A DNA stretch of 64,000 bases from Gammaproteobacteria bacterium (GCA_021648485.1 JAKISS010000004.1:5487-69486); one strand, 5' to 3'; positions 20,486 through 31,328 are shown, counted from the first letter of the stretch. Notes: generated by a model not told the origin, from the sequence alone. Translations and numbers: made by a program.

Positions 20486-20941
20486 CTACCCGGCCAGTCG
20501 CTGTTTAATTTTCTGACTAACCGCACCCATATCCGCTCGTCCCTGCACCTGGGGCTTAAGTACAGCCATCACCTTGCCCATGTCTTTCATGGATTCAGCG
20601 CCAGCACTATCGATTGCAACAGCAATCAACGCATCAAGTTCGGTTTCGTCCAGCGCAGCGGGCAGATATTCCTGCAAGACACTGATCTCATAGCTTTCCT
20701 GATCAGCCAGCTCCTGACGCCCCGCATCTTCGAACTGTTTTACCGAATCACGACGCTGCTTGACCATCTTATCCAACACTGCCAGTACCTGCGCATCATC
20801 CAGATCGATACGTTCATCAACTTCGCGCTGCTTAATGGCAGCCAGCACCAAACGCACCACGCCCAAGCGCGGCTTGTCTTTGCTGCGCATCGCGGTTTTC
20901 ATGTCTTCAGTCAATCTTTGTTTGAGCGCTGAATCAGTCAT
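20486..20941 (-). CDS. GatB/YqeY domain protein
   Basis: LTEDMKTAMRSKDK, KQRRDS..QF and GRADMGAVS; lies between rpsU and dnaG; start at MTDS (20941). Confidence 0.92.
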   Translation of the reverse strand: MTDSALKQRLTEDMKTAMRSKDKPRLGVVRLVLAAIKQREVDERIDLDDAQVLAVLDKMVKQRRDSVKQFEDAGRQELADQESYEISVLQEYLPAALDETELDALIAVAIDSAGAESMKDMGKVMAVLKPQVQGRADMGAVSQKIKQRLAG

Positions 20942-21022
20942 GAGGTCACCTGAGCAGTGAAAAAAAACAGATAAGGAAATCTTCACTCTCTGCTGTCATC
21001 AGCAGGGAGCAAACATCGGGAA

Positions 21023-21238
21023 TCAGTAGAGACGCTTACGGCGCGTGATATCCCGGGAAGTTTTTTTCAGCTGACGCTTAACCGCAGCAGCCATTTTACG
21101 TTGACGTGCCTGGGTGGGCTTTTCGTAAAATTCACGACGACGCACCTCAGTGAGCACTCCGGCTTTTTCACAAGAACGCTTGAAACGACGCAGCGCGATA
21201 TCAAAGGGCTCATTTTCTCTTACACGAACATTCGGCAT
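21023..21238 (-). CDS. rpsU: 30S ribosomal protein S21
   Basis: [27 protein letters not shown]...RRREFYEKP. Confidence 0.98.
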   Translation of the reverse strand: MPNVRVRENEPFDIALRRFKRSCEKAGVLTEVRRREFYEKPTQARQRKMAAAVKRQLKKTSRDITRRKRLY

Positions 21239-21408
21239 TGGTTTTCCAATCCTTTTACAGTAAACATACTTTACGATACATTCTTTCTTTTACTTTGCGA
21301 TGCCACAGGACATGGAGACCCAGCCAGCGCAGCGAGCCGGGAATTCTAGTCATTTACGCACACAAATGCAAAGTATCCGACCAAAAACTCCCCATAGAGT
21401 ACAGAAAA

Positions 21409-22452
21409 GTGTCTTATCAAACCCCATCCTTGACCTTAGGCATCGAAACTTCCTGCGACGAAACCGGTATCGCGCTTTACCATAATGAACACGGCCTACT
21501 CGCCGATGCGCTTTACAGTCAGATCGAACTCCATGCTGATTATGGCGGTGTAGTGCCGGAATTGGCCTCCCGCGACCATGTGCGCAAAACTCTGCCGTTG
21601 ATTCAACAGGTGCTCAACGATGCCGACCGCAACAAACAAGACATCACTGGTGTCGCTTATACCGCTGGACCAGGGCTAGTGGGTGCATTATTAGTCGGCA
21701 CCAGCATCGGTCGCAGCCTGGCCTGGGCCTGGGACGTACCAGCCGTGGCGGTGCATCACATGGAAGGGCATCTGCTGGCTCCCCTGCTGGAAGAAAACCC
21801 ACCGGCATTCCCCTTTGTCGCCCTGCTGGTCTCCGGTGGACACACCCTGCTGGTAGAGGTAAACGGCGTGGGACAGTACACCATTCTCGGCGAAACCCTT
21901 GACGATGCTGCCGGGGAGGCCTTCGACAAAACGGCCAAACTGCTAGGACTGGATTACCCCGGCGGCCCTGCTCTGGCGAAATTGGCAAAACAAGGCAACC
22001 CGAAGCGCTTCCATTTTCCCCGACCCATGACCAACCGTCCCGGGCTCGATTTCAGTTTCAGTGGACTCAAGACCTTTGCCATTACCACGTTACGCGACAA
22101 CACTGCGGACAACATAAACCCGCAGCAAACTCACGCCGATATCGCTCGCGCTTTTGAAGACGCTGTAGCAGAGACCTTTGCCATCAAATGCAAACGTGCG
22201 CTACAACAGACCGGATTAAAGCGGCTGGTCATTGCCGGTGGCGTCAGCGCCAACCACACTTTGCGGGAACGGCTTTCCCAGCTCGCGGAAAAAGAAGGCT
22301 TCGGGATTTTTTATCCCCGTCCAGCATTCTGCACCGATAACGGTGCAATGATCGCCTTCGCAGGCTCTTTGCGGCTGGCAACAGGACAAAAGCAAGACAA
22401 ACACTTTGGCGCACAACCTCGCTGGCCCATTGATACGTTAACCCCAACCTAA
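21409..22452 (+). CDS. tsaD: tRNA N6-adenosine threonylcarbamoyltransferase
   Basis: [32 protein letters not shown] and CTDNGAMIA; divergent from rpsU; start uncertain (GTG 21409 or TTG 21430). Confidence 0.96.
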   Translation: MSYQTPSLTLGIETSCDETGIALYHNEHGLLADALYSQIELHADYGGVVPELASRDHVRKTLPLIQQVLNDADRNKQDITGVAYTAGPGLVGALLVGTSIGRSLAWAWDVPAVAVHHMEGHLLAPLLEENPPAFPFVALLVSGGHTLLVEVNGVGQYTILGETLDDAAGEAFDKTAKLLGLDYPGGPALAKLAKQGNPKRFHFPRPMTNRPGLDFSFSGLKTFAITTLRDNTADNINPQQTHADIARAFEDAVAETFAIKCKRALQQTGLKRLVIAGGVSANHTLRERLSQLAEKEGFGIFYPRPAFCTDNGAMIAFAGSLRLATGQKQDKHFGAQPRWPIDTLTPT

Positions 22453-22475
22453 AAATCACCGACCAATAGCCAGAC

Positions 22476-22506
22476 AAAAAAAGTGGGGGCCGATGGCCCC
22501 CACTTT
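22476..22506. terminator. Bidirectional intrinsic terminator between convergent tsaD and the HU-like gene
   Basis: AAAGTGGGGGCC-GAT-GGCCCCCACTTT perfect stem with an A-run on the left. Confidence 0.8.
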
Positions 22507-22538
22507 CAGTATTTTTCCAATGATAATAAAAAATACGT

Positions 22539-22931
22539 TTAGCTGGTCATATCTTTCATCTTTTTCAAGGGTAAAACCTTAACTACTGTACGCGCTGGCT
22601 TGGCCTTAAAGATAGTATCTTCGCCAGTGAAAGGATTAACGCCTTTGCGTTTTTTGGTGGCGGGCTTACGCACCGTTTTTATCTTGAGGAGACCTGGCAG
22701 GGTAAATGTACCGACGGCATTCTTTTTGATGTGACCATTAATGACATCTGACAAAGCCTCAAACACCTTGACGACATCTTTCTTGGAGAGTTCAGTGACC
22801 TCCGCAATATTGGCAAACAATGCTGTTTTTGTCATTGGCTCTTTAATTGCGGCCACGCGCTTTGCTGGCGCTGCTTTTTTTGCGGCTTTCTTTTTCGAGG
22901 CTTTCTTTTTTACTGCTTTCTTCTTTACCAT
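22539..22931 (-). CDS. HU-like DNA-binding protein with a Lys/Ala-rich N-terminal tail
   Basis: HU/IHF fold (MTKTAL...ELSKKDV, FTLPGLLKI, RKGVNPFTGE...KAKPA) preceded by KKKA repeats. Confidence 0.88.
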   Translation of the reverse strand: MVKKKAVKKKASKKKAAKKAAPAKRVAAIKEPMTKTALFANIAEVTELSKKDVVKVFEALSDVINGHIKKNAVGTFTLPGLLKIKTVRKPATKKRKGVNPFTGEDTIFKAKPARTVVKVLPLKKMKDMTS

Positions 22932-23419
22932 TTGCACTCTCCCAGTTGGGTAATTACTTGAGTATGATTAATTTTTTGACGAACAGAATCCGGTTTACGG
23001 CCGAGCAATACTGTTAACAAACCGACCTTCATCGATTTGCCCTGTTTTATAGACTCTTTTGGCCTTTTAAGCAACGCCACAAAAATATTTTTCGCCTTTT
23101 TTTCGTGCTATCACACTATTCAACAGCTACTATGGCGCTCACATGAAAATAAATTGATGCTCATTTGGCATGTACCTATACTCATAGATAACCGGGATCT
23201 AAGTGTTAAGCGTGTATCATATTCATTCCGCAGCACCACCAAAAACAGGTGTTTTTAGGCGAAAGTCAGCCCCCTTGCACCCGGTGGGATGATGTGTAAC
23301 AACAGGTCGGCTGCAAGAAATTCTACGGTGCTGTGGAATGAAAAGAGCGTATAATCAATGCCTCAATCGCAATAAGCCTATCAGCCAACACGCACCTCAA
23401 AACGGGATAAGGGCTCACC

Positions 23420-24001
23420 ATGAGCGAAAAACCCCCTCAAAAGAAAACACTACGCACCAAGCCGGAAGTGCTGCGCTCAGAAATTATTGCGCGCACTAAT
23501 ATCTTCCGAATCGAGCAACGTGACCTGCGTTTTTCCAATGGCACCGAAGTTCGTCATGAGCGATTGATCGGCTCTGAACACGGTGCCGTGCTTATTGTTC
23601 CTATGCTCGATGACAACACCGTATTACTGATTCGCGAATACGCCACGGGCGTTCATCGCTACGAACTGGCCCTGCCCAAAGGACGCATCGAGACCAACGA
23701 ACCTCTGCTTACTGCTGCTAATCGTGAAATCATGGAAGAAATCGGCTACGGTGCCCGCAAACTCCAGCACTTCACCAGCCTGACCGTTGCACCGGGATAC
23801 CTCAGCCATGAAACACATATCGTGCTGGCGGAAGATCTTTACGAAGAGCAACACGATGGAGACGAACCTGAAAAAATAGATGTAGTACCCTGGCAACTGG
23901 ATGCCCTGCCCGAACTGTTAAAACAAAAGGAATGTACCGAAGCACGCAGCATTGCTGCTTTATTTATGGTGCAAGCACACTTGGCAACACGAACCGCATA
24001 G
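23420..24001 (+). CDS. nudE: ADP compounds hydrolase (Nudix)
   Basis: FSNG..R.ER, LIREY, Nudix box LPKGRIE...AANREIMEEIGY and GDEPE; directly upstream of cysQ. Confidence 0.9.
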   Translation: MSEKPPQKKTLRTKPEVLRSEIIARTNIFRIEQRDLRFSNGTEVRHERLIGSEHGAVLIVPMLDDNTVLLIREYATGVHRYELALPKGRIETNEPLLTAANREIMEEIGYGARKLQHFTSLTVAPGYLSHETHIVLAEDLYEEQHDGDEPEKIDVVPWQLDALPELLKQKECTEARSIAALFMVQAHLATRTA

Positions 24002-24039
24002 CAGGTTCCACTCTTATTTCCGCAGCAGGGGCGCATATT

Positions 24040-24846
24040 GTGAGCAATGAATTAATCGACGACATTATCAAGCTGGCAATTGTGGCGGGACACCGCATCC
24101 TGGAAATTTATAATACTGATTTTGGCGTCGAACAAAAATCCGACAATACCCCTCTCACTGCCGCTGACATGGCCGCCCACCATATTATTATCGAAGGCCT
24201 TAACCGGCTTACGCCGAACATTCCTGTTCTTTCGGAAGAATCTGCCATTATTCCCTTTGCACAACGCACCCTATGGCAGCGCTACTGGTTGGTGGACCCT
24301 CTGGATGGCACTCGTGAATTTGTTAAACGCAATGGCGAATTTACCGTTAACATCGCACTGATCGACAATCACGAATCAGTACTCGGCGTTGTTTATGCCC
24401 CTGTTACCGGCGCTACCTATTATGCTGCACGCGGCATGGGTGCTTTCAAAAAAACCCCGGGTGACATAAGTAATAACGGAAGTAAAAGCATTGCTATTCA
24501 CACCCGGCGAAAAACTGTCGGCAACACGGTTATTGCTGGCAGTCGCTCACACCGCGGCGACTCGCTGGAAGCTTTTCTGCAGAAAGTTGGTGATTACGAA
24601 ATAATCAGCATGGGCAGCTCACTGAAATCCTGTCTGGTGGCTGAAGGTCACGCTGACATCTATCCGCGCCTGGGACCCACCTCGGAATGGGACACCGCCG
24701 CCGCACAATGCATAGTGGAAGAAGCTGGCGGACGTATTACCAAGACCGATATGCAACCTCTGCGGTACAATACCAAGGATGAGCTATTGAACCCTTATTT
24801 TCTGGTGATTGGTGATCCAGTTTTTGACTGGGCTCAATATCTGTAA
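24040..24846 (+). CDS. cysQ: 3'(2'),5'-bisphosphate nucleotidase
   Basis: PLTAAD, LSEE, WLVDPLDGTREF, SRSH, GSSLK and EWDTAAAQ; GTG start at 24040 assumed. Confidence 0.94.
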   Translation: MSNELIDDIIKLAIVAGHRILEIYNTDFGVEQKSDNTPLTAADMAAHHIIIEGLNRLTPNIPVLSEESAIIPFAQRTLWQRYWLVDPLDGTREFVKRNGEFTVNIALIDNHESVLGVVYAPVTGATYYAARGMGAFKKTPGDISNNGSKSIAIHTRRKTVGNTVIAGSRSHRGDSLEAFLQKVGDYEIISMGSSLKSCLVAEGHADIYPRLGPTSEWDTAAAQCIVEEAGGRITKTDMQPLRYNTKDELLNPYFLVIGDPVFDWAQYL

Positions 24847-24900
24847 CAATATTGCATTATTATTTACCCACCCTGAAACCTTAACAAACAAGGAAACAAT

Positions 24901-25578
24901 GTGAAAAACTCACTATTATTTAGCGGCCTCGCTGCCATTATTGCTCTGCACAGTACCGCCATCAGCGCAGCAAAACCTGACACCGACAAAGAAAAATTCA
25001 GTTATGCCATTGGCTTCCAGATCGGCCAGGGATTTAAACGTGACAACCTGGAAATTGATACCAACGCTATGTCGCAAGCGATCAACGATGTATTGGGTGA
25101 CAAAACACCACAACTAAGTGCCGACGAAATGCGTGCCACCATGGAATCAGCACAGCAAAAAATGCTGGCTGCGCGCGCTGCTAATGGCGAAAAAGCCAAG
25201 GCTGCTGGCGAAGCCTACTTGGCCGCCAACAAAAAGAAAAAAGATGTCATTACCCGTGACAGTGGACTGCAATACAAAGTCATCAGCATGGGCAAAGGCA
25301 AACAACCCGCTGCTGACTCGTCAATTACTGCTCATTATAAAGGCACCTTGATTGATGGCAGTGAATTCGACAGCTCTTATAGTCGGAACCAACCAGCCAC
25401 ATTTAACGTTAACCAAGTCATCCCTGGCTGGAAAGAAGTACTACCATTGATGCATGAAGGTGATAAATGGCAGGTGTTTATTCCAGCCGAACTGGCCTAC
25501 GGCGAACGCGGCTCTGGCGGCATCATTGGCCCCAATGAAGCATTGATTTTTGAAATCGAGTTGATCAAAGTCAACTAA
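24901..25578 (+). CDS. FKBP-type peptidyl-prolyl isomerase (Mip/FklB/FkpA-like) with a signal peptide
   Basis: FSYAIG dimerisation domain, SGLQYKV, HYKGTLIDGSEFDSS, VIPGW and LAYG. Confidence 0.93.
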   Translation: MKNSLLFSGLAAIIALHSTAISAAKPDTDKEKFSYAIGFQIGQGFKRDNLEIDTNAMSQAINDVLGDKTPQLSADEMRATMESAQQKMLAARAANGEKAKAAGEAYLAANKKKKDVITRDSGLQYKVISMGKGKQPAADSSITAHYKGTLIDGSEFDSSYSRNQPATFNVNQVIPGWKEVLPLMHEGDKWQVFIPAELAYGERGSGGIIGPNEALIFEIELIKVN

Positions 25579-25644
25579 CCAAAAGCCTGTCGGGTTTAGA
25601 ATAACGCGTGAAATACCCAGACTGAAGCTTCATTCGCCGCTGAC

Positions 25645-26241
25645 ATGAGCGCCAACACTTTTCCAGCACAGCCATTGTTTTTGCAACGGCTACTAAAAGT
25701 GTTGCGCGCTCACCCTACCGGCATCAGTGAATACGAACTGATTTGCATACTGGGCTCTGCTGGCGAATCTCATTTTGATACCGACTGCCTGCGCGACAAT
25801 CTGTCATTATTTCAAACGCATTTTTTTCTTTTTCACAACCTTTACCAATTACACGACCAACTGTGGCACAACGATGGAATCCATCTTGAAATCAGCCCAT
25901 TGTGTATACAGCTAATCCCCGGCAACAGCACCTCCTGCCCAGCATTATCTACACACAACCCACTACGCGACTATTATCTGAACATTCACAACCTGAACAA
26001 CACTGATGCCAATGATATCGAGTTATTGCTGGGGAAATTCTGGCAGCGCTTTGTCCACAATGATGACAGACACCATGCACTGGAGGAATTAGGATTAAAT
26101 GACCCCGTTAATTGGACAACCATTAAAACCCGACATCGACGACTGGTCATGGAACACCACCCTGATCGTGGCGGTGACAAACAACGCTTACAAGCCATCA
26201 ATGCGGCAATGGATGTGCTGATGCGGGATAATCGCCATTAA
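25645..26241 (+). CDS. DnaJ-related protein with a C-terminal J domain
   Basis: SEYEL...LFQTHFFLFHNLYQL N-domain; C-terminal HHPDRGG...INAA. Confidence 0.85.
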   Translation: MSANTFPAQPLFLQRLLKVLRAHPTGISEYELICILGSAGESHFDTDCLRDNLSLFQTHFFLFHNLYQLHDQLWHNDGIHLEISPLCIQLIPGNSTSCPALSTHNPLRDYYLNIHNLNNTDANDIELLLGKFWQRFVHNDDRHHALEELGLNDPVNWTTIKTRHRRLVMEHHPDRGGDKQRLQAINAAMDVLMRDNRH

Positions 26242-26258
26242 AAAATGTTATGCGTCCG

Positions 26259-28028
26259 TTATCCTGCGGTCAGCCCCTGAATTCGCACACCCATTGGCGG
26301 TATTTCTTCTCCATCGATTCTTACATCAAGTACGACAGGGCCACGGCCTGAAATCAAGCTATCAAAATCCAGACTTTGCAGATCATCTGAAGACCTGACA
26401 ATATATCCCTTTGCCCCCATCGCTTTAGCTATCGCACAAAAGTCTGTGGGTGGAAGCTCGAACGCAATTGGCTCAGCATTATTCAATCGCTGCCCATGCT
26501 TAACCATACCTAAAGCTGCATCATTCAGAATGACAAAAACAATGGAAAGCTTTTCACCAACAGCAACACTTAATTCCTGTCCATGCATCATAAAGCTGCC
26601 ATCACCGGTAATACACACGACGGGGCCATCCTGATAACCTAATGCAGCCCCTACGGATGAACCGATTGCCCAGCCCATTGATGAAAACTCAATACTGCTC
26701 CGAAACAATCCGGCATTGATACCGCGCCGCCTGACACTGCGCCGATCTGTCGGCTGAAGATAGTGTATCGCCCACGCAACACTGTTTCCTGTATCCGCAA
26801 AGAAACGGGTATTCGACGGGAACAATTGATTTAGCTCATACATTAATCGTTGAGGCTTAATGGGTATTGCATCAGAAAGCATAAGCTCCTGCTCATCAGG
26901 CGTCAGCGTTGCATGCAAACCAGAAGGTGTATTGATATTTTCAGGCGCACTTAATACGGGCCTATTGCTTCTGATCAACTCTAGCAGCTGCTCAAAGATG
27001 GCCAGAATATTCCCCCGAACGTGTAACCTTGCCATAGGGGATCGCGTCATATTTTCTTCTGTCGAGTCGATATGTATTAAACGCTTGTTAAGAAGATAAT
27101 CTTCGCTCCAACCACTGCTCGCCCATTCACTCAGGTTCGTTTCAATCGCAATGACAATATCCGCATTCTCTTCACTCAGCGCTCTTCGCGCACTATCGTG
27201 CCCTGCAAAACCGATGACGCCTTTGTAACAACTAAGGTTTGAACCTACCAGCCCCTTACCATGCGGAGTGGTAACAATGCTTGCATCCAGCAACCCGGCC
27301 AGCTCCAAAATGAGACCGGTAGCTTCCCCACACTCCCCACCCAATACCAATGCAAATTTATTATTTTTAACAATATTTGAATAAAGTTCGCGCAATGCAG
27401 TTTGATCGCAAGTGGCGTTTGCTCTGAGCAATTTATTGAGGTCAACATGTTCATGAGGCGGGCGCGCCATTGTACGCAAGACATCAATTGGAATACTGAG
27501 ATGCACCGGACCTTTTGGAGAATGCATTGCCGTCATGATGGCAGTGACAAGTTTCTGCTCAATTTGGTCGGTATGGGAAACGAGACTGCTGTAGCGTGTG
27601 CAATATTGAAACATGCCTACCACGTCTATACCTGCGTCAGATGATTCCTGAAATGCACCCCGCCCAAACGTTGGCAGAGCTGTTTGTGCGGTTATCACCA
27701 ATAAGGGAACATGATTCGCATAGGCATTAGCAACACCGGTGATTAAATTGGTCGCTCCTGGGCCCGTTGTTGCGCAACAGACGCCAAGCTTTCCAGTTTG
27801 CCTTGTGTAACCATCAGCGGCAAAAACAGAACTTGCCTCATGACGGGTAACAATCGGCCTAATTCCATTATTTCGGGCACTTCGGGCAAGCGAGTCATAC
27901 AGTGGTTCAATCGCGCCACCGGGTATTCCAAATATATATTCAACGCCTATTTGTTCAAGAAAATATAGAATCAGGTCTGCGCCAGTGAACCCCGCTTTAC
28001 TCGATGAAAATAATGTATCTTTATCCAT
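26259..28028 (-). CDS. Thiamine-diphosphate-dependent enzyme (acetolactate-synthase-like fold), orphan
   Basis: FGIPGG, catalytic RHE, TTGPGATN, GAFQE and ThDP/Mg motif GDGSF...LND..LGMV; no ilvH nearby; start at MDKD (28028) or 28112. Confidence 0.88.
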   Translation of the reverse strand: MDKDTLFSSSKAGFTGADLILYFLEQIGVEYIFGIPGGAIEPLYDSLARSARNNGIRPIVTRHEASSVFAADGYTRQTGKLGVCCATTGPGATNLITGVANAYANHVPLLVITAQTALPTFGRGAFQESSDAGIDVVGMFQYCTRYSSLVSHTDQIEQKLVTAIMTAMHSPKGPVHLSIPIDVLRTMARPPHEHVDLNKLLRANATCDQTALRELYSNIVKNNKFALVLGGECGEATGLILELAGLLDASIVTTPHGKGLVGSNLSCYKGVIGFAGHDSARRALSEENADIVIAIETNLSEWASSGWSEDYLLNKRLIHIDSTEENMTRSPMARLHVRGNILAIFEQLLELIRSNRPVLSAPENINTPSGLHATLTPDEQELMLSDAIPIKPQRLMYELNQLFPSNTRFFADTGNSVAWAIHYLQPTDRRSVRRRGINAGLFRSSIEFSSMGWAIGSSVGAALGYQDGPVVCITGDGSFMMHGQELSVAVGEKLSIVFVILNDAALGMVKHGQRLNNAEPIAFELPPTDFCAIAKAMGAKGYIVRSSDDLQSLDFDSLISGRGPVVLDVRIDGEEIPPMGVRIQGLTAG

Positions 28029-28956
28029 AAAAATAGTGTAAAAATTTCCAGTTAATGTAGGTATCAGGTTCTTTAACTCTCCTTTAATGACAAGACATTT
28101 CCGTATGACCAAGCATATCCAGCAAGCTACTGTTGTGCATCAATATGTATCCGTAAATATTTACTATTTAGATACACGACATGCAAATAAAACATCACGT
28201 TCAACAACGACTATATTTCCACAAACCTTGTGTTTTTTCAATAAATTATAAAGCCTCCCCCTACCAAAATACTGTGGTAATACTTAGCTCTCTATCGCCT
28301 ATATTTGCATATTCCGCAACCAAACACTCGCAAACAACAGAAACCAGCAGTTTAACAAAAACTATACTGGCCAGCCTACAGGGTTCCCGTGAAATATTTG
28401 TTAACCACGGAGCCCCAAAAGAATGGCTGAGCTTTGCACTTTTAACTAAGTGTACTTATTTGATAGCGACAGTTGACCACACAAAAAGAAAAGTATCAGT
28501 TTCGACTAAAAACCTGTAGATTTCCCCATTCTAATACATAAAAATAATTTACAGTCAGTGATCAAAATTTACCCAATTTAACGAGGTCACGAAACACAAA
28601 GACCTTTAACACTAACAAATACACACTATTATTCTTTGGGAAACGTGTGATGCCAGCAGTGTCGGCTCGCAACTATATTAACCAGGTGCCGCTAATGACA
28701 CATGCCATTTAATCTAAACCCATCAACAAACATACTAGCAACACCAAGCTTTGGTTCCGCATGCATGAAATGTCATCAAATCAACCAAAAGACAACCGAT
28801 ACAAACCCAACCCGGGGGAGCATCAACCCCGTTAGAAACTCAGAAAAATAAGAGCGGTTACAGCGAAAAACATCCGCCCCACGCTTTTGCGCCAGCGCGA
28901 GTAGAAACGCCTGAATCAGCCTATCAACTTTATGCTAGCAAGGAATAATCCAGGAT

Positions 28957-30096
28957 ATGAAAATTGAGCAAATGCAGTGGACACAATCTGCCGGATGGAA
29001 TCCTGAAATTCCGGGAAAACTGGCCGCCGATGCCAACTGGGTACTGGTCTTTGGTTCTACTGAACATCTAAAAAACAAATGGCATATCCGCAACATTCGG
29101 AAAGCTTATCCAAACGCGCTTATTAGCGGTTGTTCTACCGCAGGCGAAATTTTTGATGCTAGCGTGCTAAATGACTCTTTATCCGTAACCGCTATCCATT
29201 TTGAACATACCCGGTTACAAACAACATATGTCAGAGTCAATAATTCAGAAGACAGTTTTCGCTGCGGTACAAAATTGGCCCAGGCTATTTCTCACCAAGG
29301 ACTTCGCCATGTTTTCGTGCTATCTGACGGCCTTAATATCAACAGCAATGAATTAATCACCGGGTTGAGTGAGCAACTTCCAGCAGGCATCACTATTACA
29401 GGGGGGCTGTCGGGTGATGCAGGTCGTTTCGAGGAAACTCTGGTGTTATGGCAGGACGCAGCACAATCCCATCTCGTCACACTGGTCGGTCTATATGGCA
29501 AAGAACTCAAAATTGGCTTTAGCTCACTGGGAAATTGGAGCTCCCTTGAGCCTGAGAATCCTGGCACACACATCAACAGTAACACGCTCTATGAAATGGA
29601 TGGACAGTCTGCACTGGAACTCTACAAATCACATCTGGGCGAGCATGCTGCCCATCTGCTCGCTACAAACACACAATCCCCATTGGATTCTCACTCTGTA
29701 AGCAATGACACCAGCTTGGCAAAAACCTCTCTCAGCGCTGATAAAAATGAACAAAATATGGGCTTTGCTGACAATATATCCGCAAGCAGTCATGCCCACC
29801 GGGTAAAGGAAGATATTAACCGGCCTACGGATGACACAATAGCTGCAACCAAAATCAGTCCTCCGGCGCTCGATACCGCCCCTGCTGAACTTGCCGTTCT
29901 TATCAGCTGCGTCAAACGCAAAATGGCGCTCAGACAAAAAACAAAGAAAGAAGTCGAGGGTATCCGGAAAATGCTGGGGCCACATCCCATCCTCACTGGC
30001 TTTTATTCCTACGGAGAAATTTCTCCATTTTCCCCCGGTACAAAACATGAATTACATAATCAGACTATGACAATCATTATTTTTAGTGAAATCTAG
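28957..30096 (+). CDS. FIST-domain (FIST_N + FIST_C) sensory protein
   Basis: GCSTAGEI, LSDGL..N, GGLSGD and C-terminal GFYSYGEI...LHNQT. Confidence 0.88.
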   Translation: MKIEQMQWTQSAGWNPEIPGKLAADANWVLVFGSTEHLKNKWHIRNIRKAYPNALISGCSTAGEIFDASVLNDSLSVTAIHFEHTRLQTTYVRVNNSEDSFRCGTKLAQAISHQGLRHVFVLSDGLNINSNELITGLSEQLPAGITITGGLSGDAGRFEETLVLWQDAAQSHLVTLVGLYGKELKIGFSSLGNWSSLEPENPGTHINSNTLYEMDGQSALELYKSHLGEHAAHLLATNTQSPLDSHSVSNDTSLAKTSLSADKNEQNMGFADNISASSHAHRVKEDINRPTDDTIAATKISPPALDTAPAELAVLISCVKRKMALRQKTKKEVEGIRKMLGPHPILTGFYSYGEISPFSPGTKHELHNQTMTIIIFSEI

Positions 30097-30809
30097 CACA
30101 CGCTATCAAGGCATTTTGATATGCCACGGCGTTTGAAATTCAGGTTTTTAGTCTGCGCCATATTAATTTCAACGAAGTGATACAGATGACATAAAGCGGG
30201 CATGCAATGAAATCATGGAATCGTAATTTCAATCGCTATGGGTATATACACCAGCTCTTTAACTGATATTTTGTAGTAACTCAGTTTACCTTTGATTTTC
30301 AGTATCGCTAAAATTTACAAACTTACGGCAAAATAACCATACTAAAAAAATGGACTTAATGCTAATTTATCTTTTCCTGTATTTGCCTACTTCACTCTAT
30401 AAAACTGCTCGATATCCGTATAATTCCTATTCAATCCCTCTATAACCCCTAAATTATCCGCCGTTAACGAACTCATAACTCAGAAAAACATGAATCGCGC
30501 AGATAAAAATGATGAGAAAAATCACACATTAATCCTTATTTCTGTAATGCTATTTTTTCCGATAAAACAAAAATAATGCTCTGCTAGCTAAAAAACATAT
30601 AAAACTGCATGGAAAATTAATCAGTTCCAATTTTAATGTCGAGTTTTCCCCGTTGAAAGCATTCCCAATGCTTTTGAAATTTTTAAAATTCAAAACTATT
30701 GCTGCAAGCTTCCGCGAATACTCTTTTTCATTAAATTAAACACTCCCTTTCATTAAATTATAAGAAATGTCAAAATGCATGCTTTATATCAAACAGGAGC
30801 ACTTTACTC

Positions 30810-31280
30810 ATGGCCGTAAAAAAGAAAGCTAGATCCAGCATATCAAGTGATAAATCGCTAAAATCTGTCGATGATGCCATTGCCACCTTGGCAAATGCGG
30901 CAGCGTCAACATCGAAAGCCGTTATCGATATAACCAAAAACAAGAAAAAACTGTTAGCTGAATCCAAACGCCTCGCGAAAAAGCTGGCAACTCTGATGAA
31001 AAAGAAAAAAGCAGCCAAGGCAGCGTTAAACAAGGACGCCAGTGCAGCCAACCGAAAAGCCCTCAAAGGTATAGAAAAAGACATTTCGGTAAATAAAAAA
31101 GAAGCGGCCAAAATCACAACTGAAAAATCATTGGCCATTGCAGAGCTGTCCTCACTTAAGATCGCATCTAAACGTGCAACGGTCTACGCCAAAGCTTTGG
31201 CCTCTGCTGACAAAGCGCTGAATAAACCAAAAAGAAAACGGAGAAAGAAAAAAAGAGCAACAAAAGAAGTAAGTTCCTGA
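30810..31280 (+). CDS. Highly basic Lys/Ala-rich helical protein (histone H1-like, putative nucleoid protein)
   Basis: AGGAG RBS, 156-aa K/A-rich ORF ending KPKRKRRKKKR, with its own terminator. Confidence 0.7.
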   Translation: MAVKKKARSSISSDKSLKSVDDAIATLANAAASTSKAVIDITKNKKKLLAESKRLAKKLATLMKKKKAAKAALNKDASAANRKALKGIEKDISVNKKEAAKITTEKSLAIAELSSLKIASKRATVYAKALASADKALNKPKRKRRKKKRATKEVSS

Positions 31281-31302
31281 TCCCTGTCGGAACAATGCAC
31301 AA

Positions 31303-31328
31303 GAACCCACCCAAGAGGTGGGTTTTTT
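31303..31328 (+). terminator. Intrinsic terminator of the H1-like gene
   Basis: AACCCACC-CAAGA-GGTGGGTT followed by TTTT. Confidence 0.75.

Noticed and set aside
28113-28956. Riboswitch (TPP or c-di-GMP) in the ThDP/FIST intergenic region
   Set aside because: I could not find the conserved cores by eye; an Infernal scan would be needed
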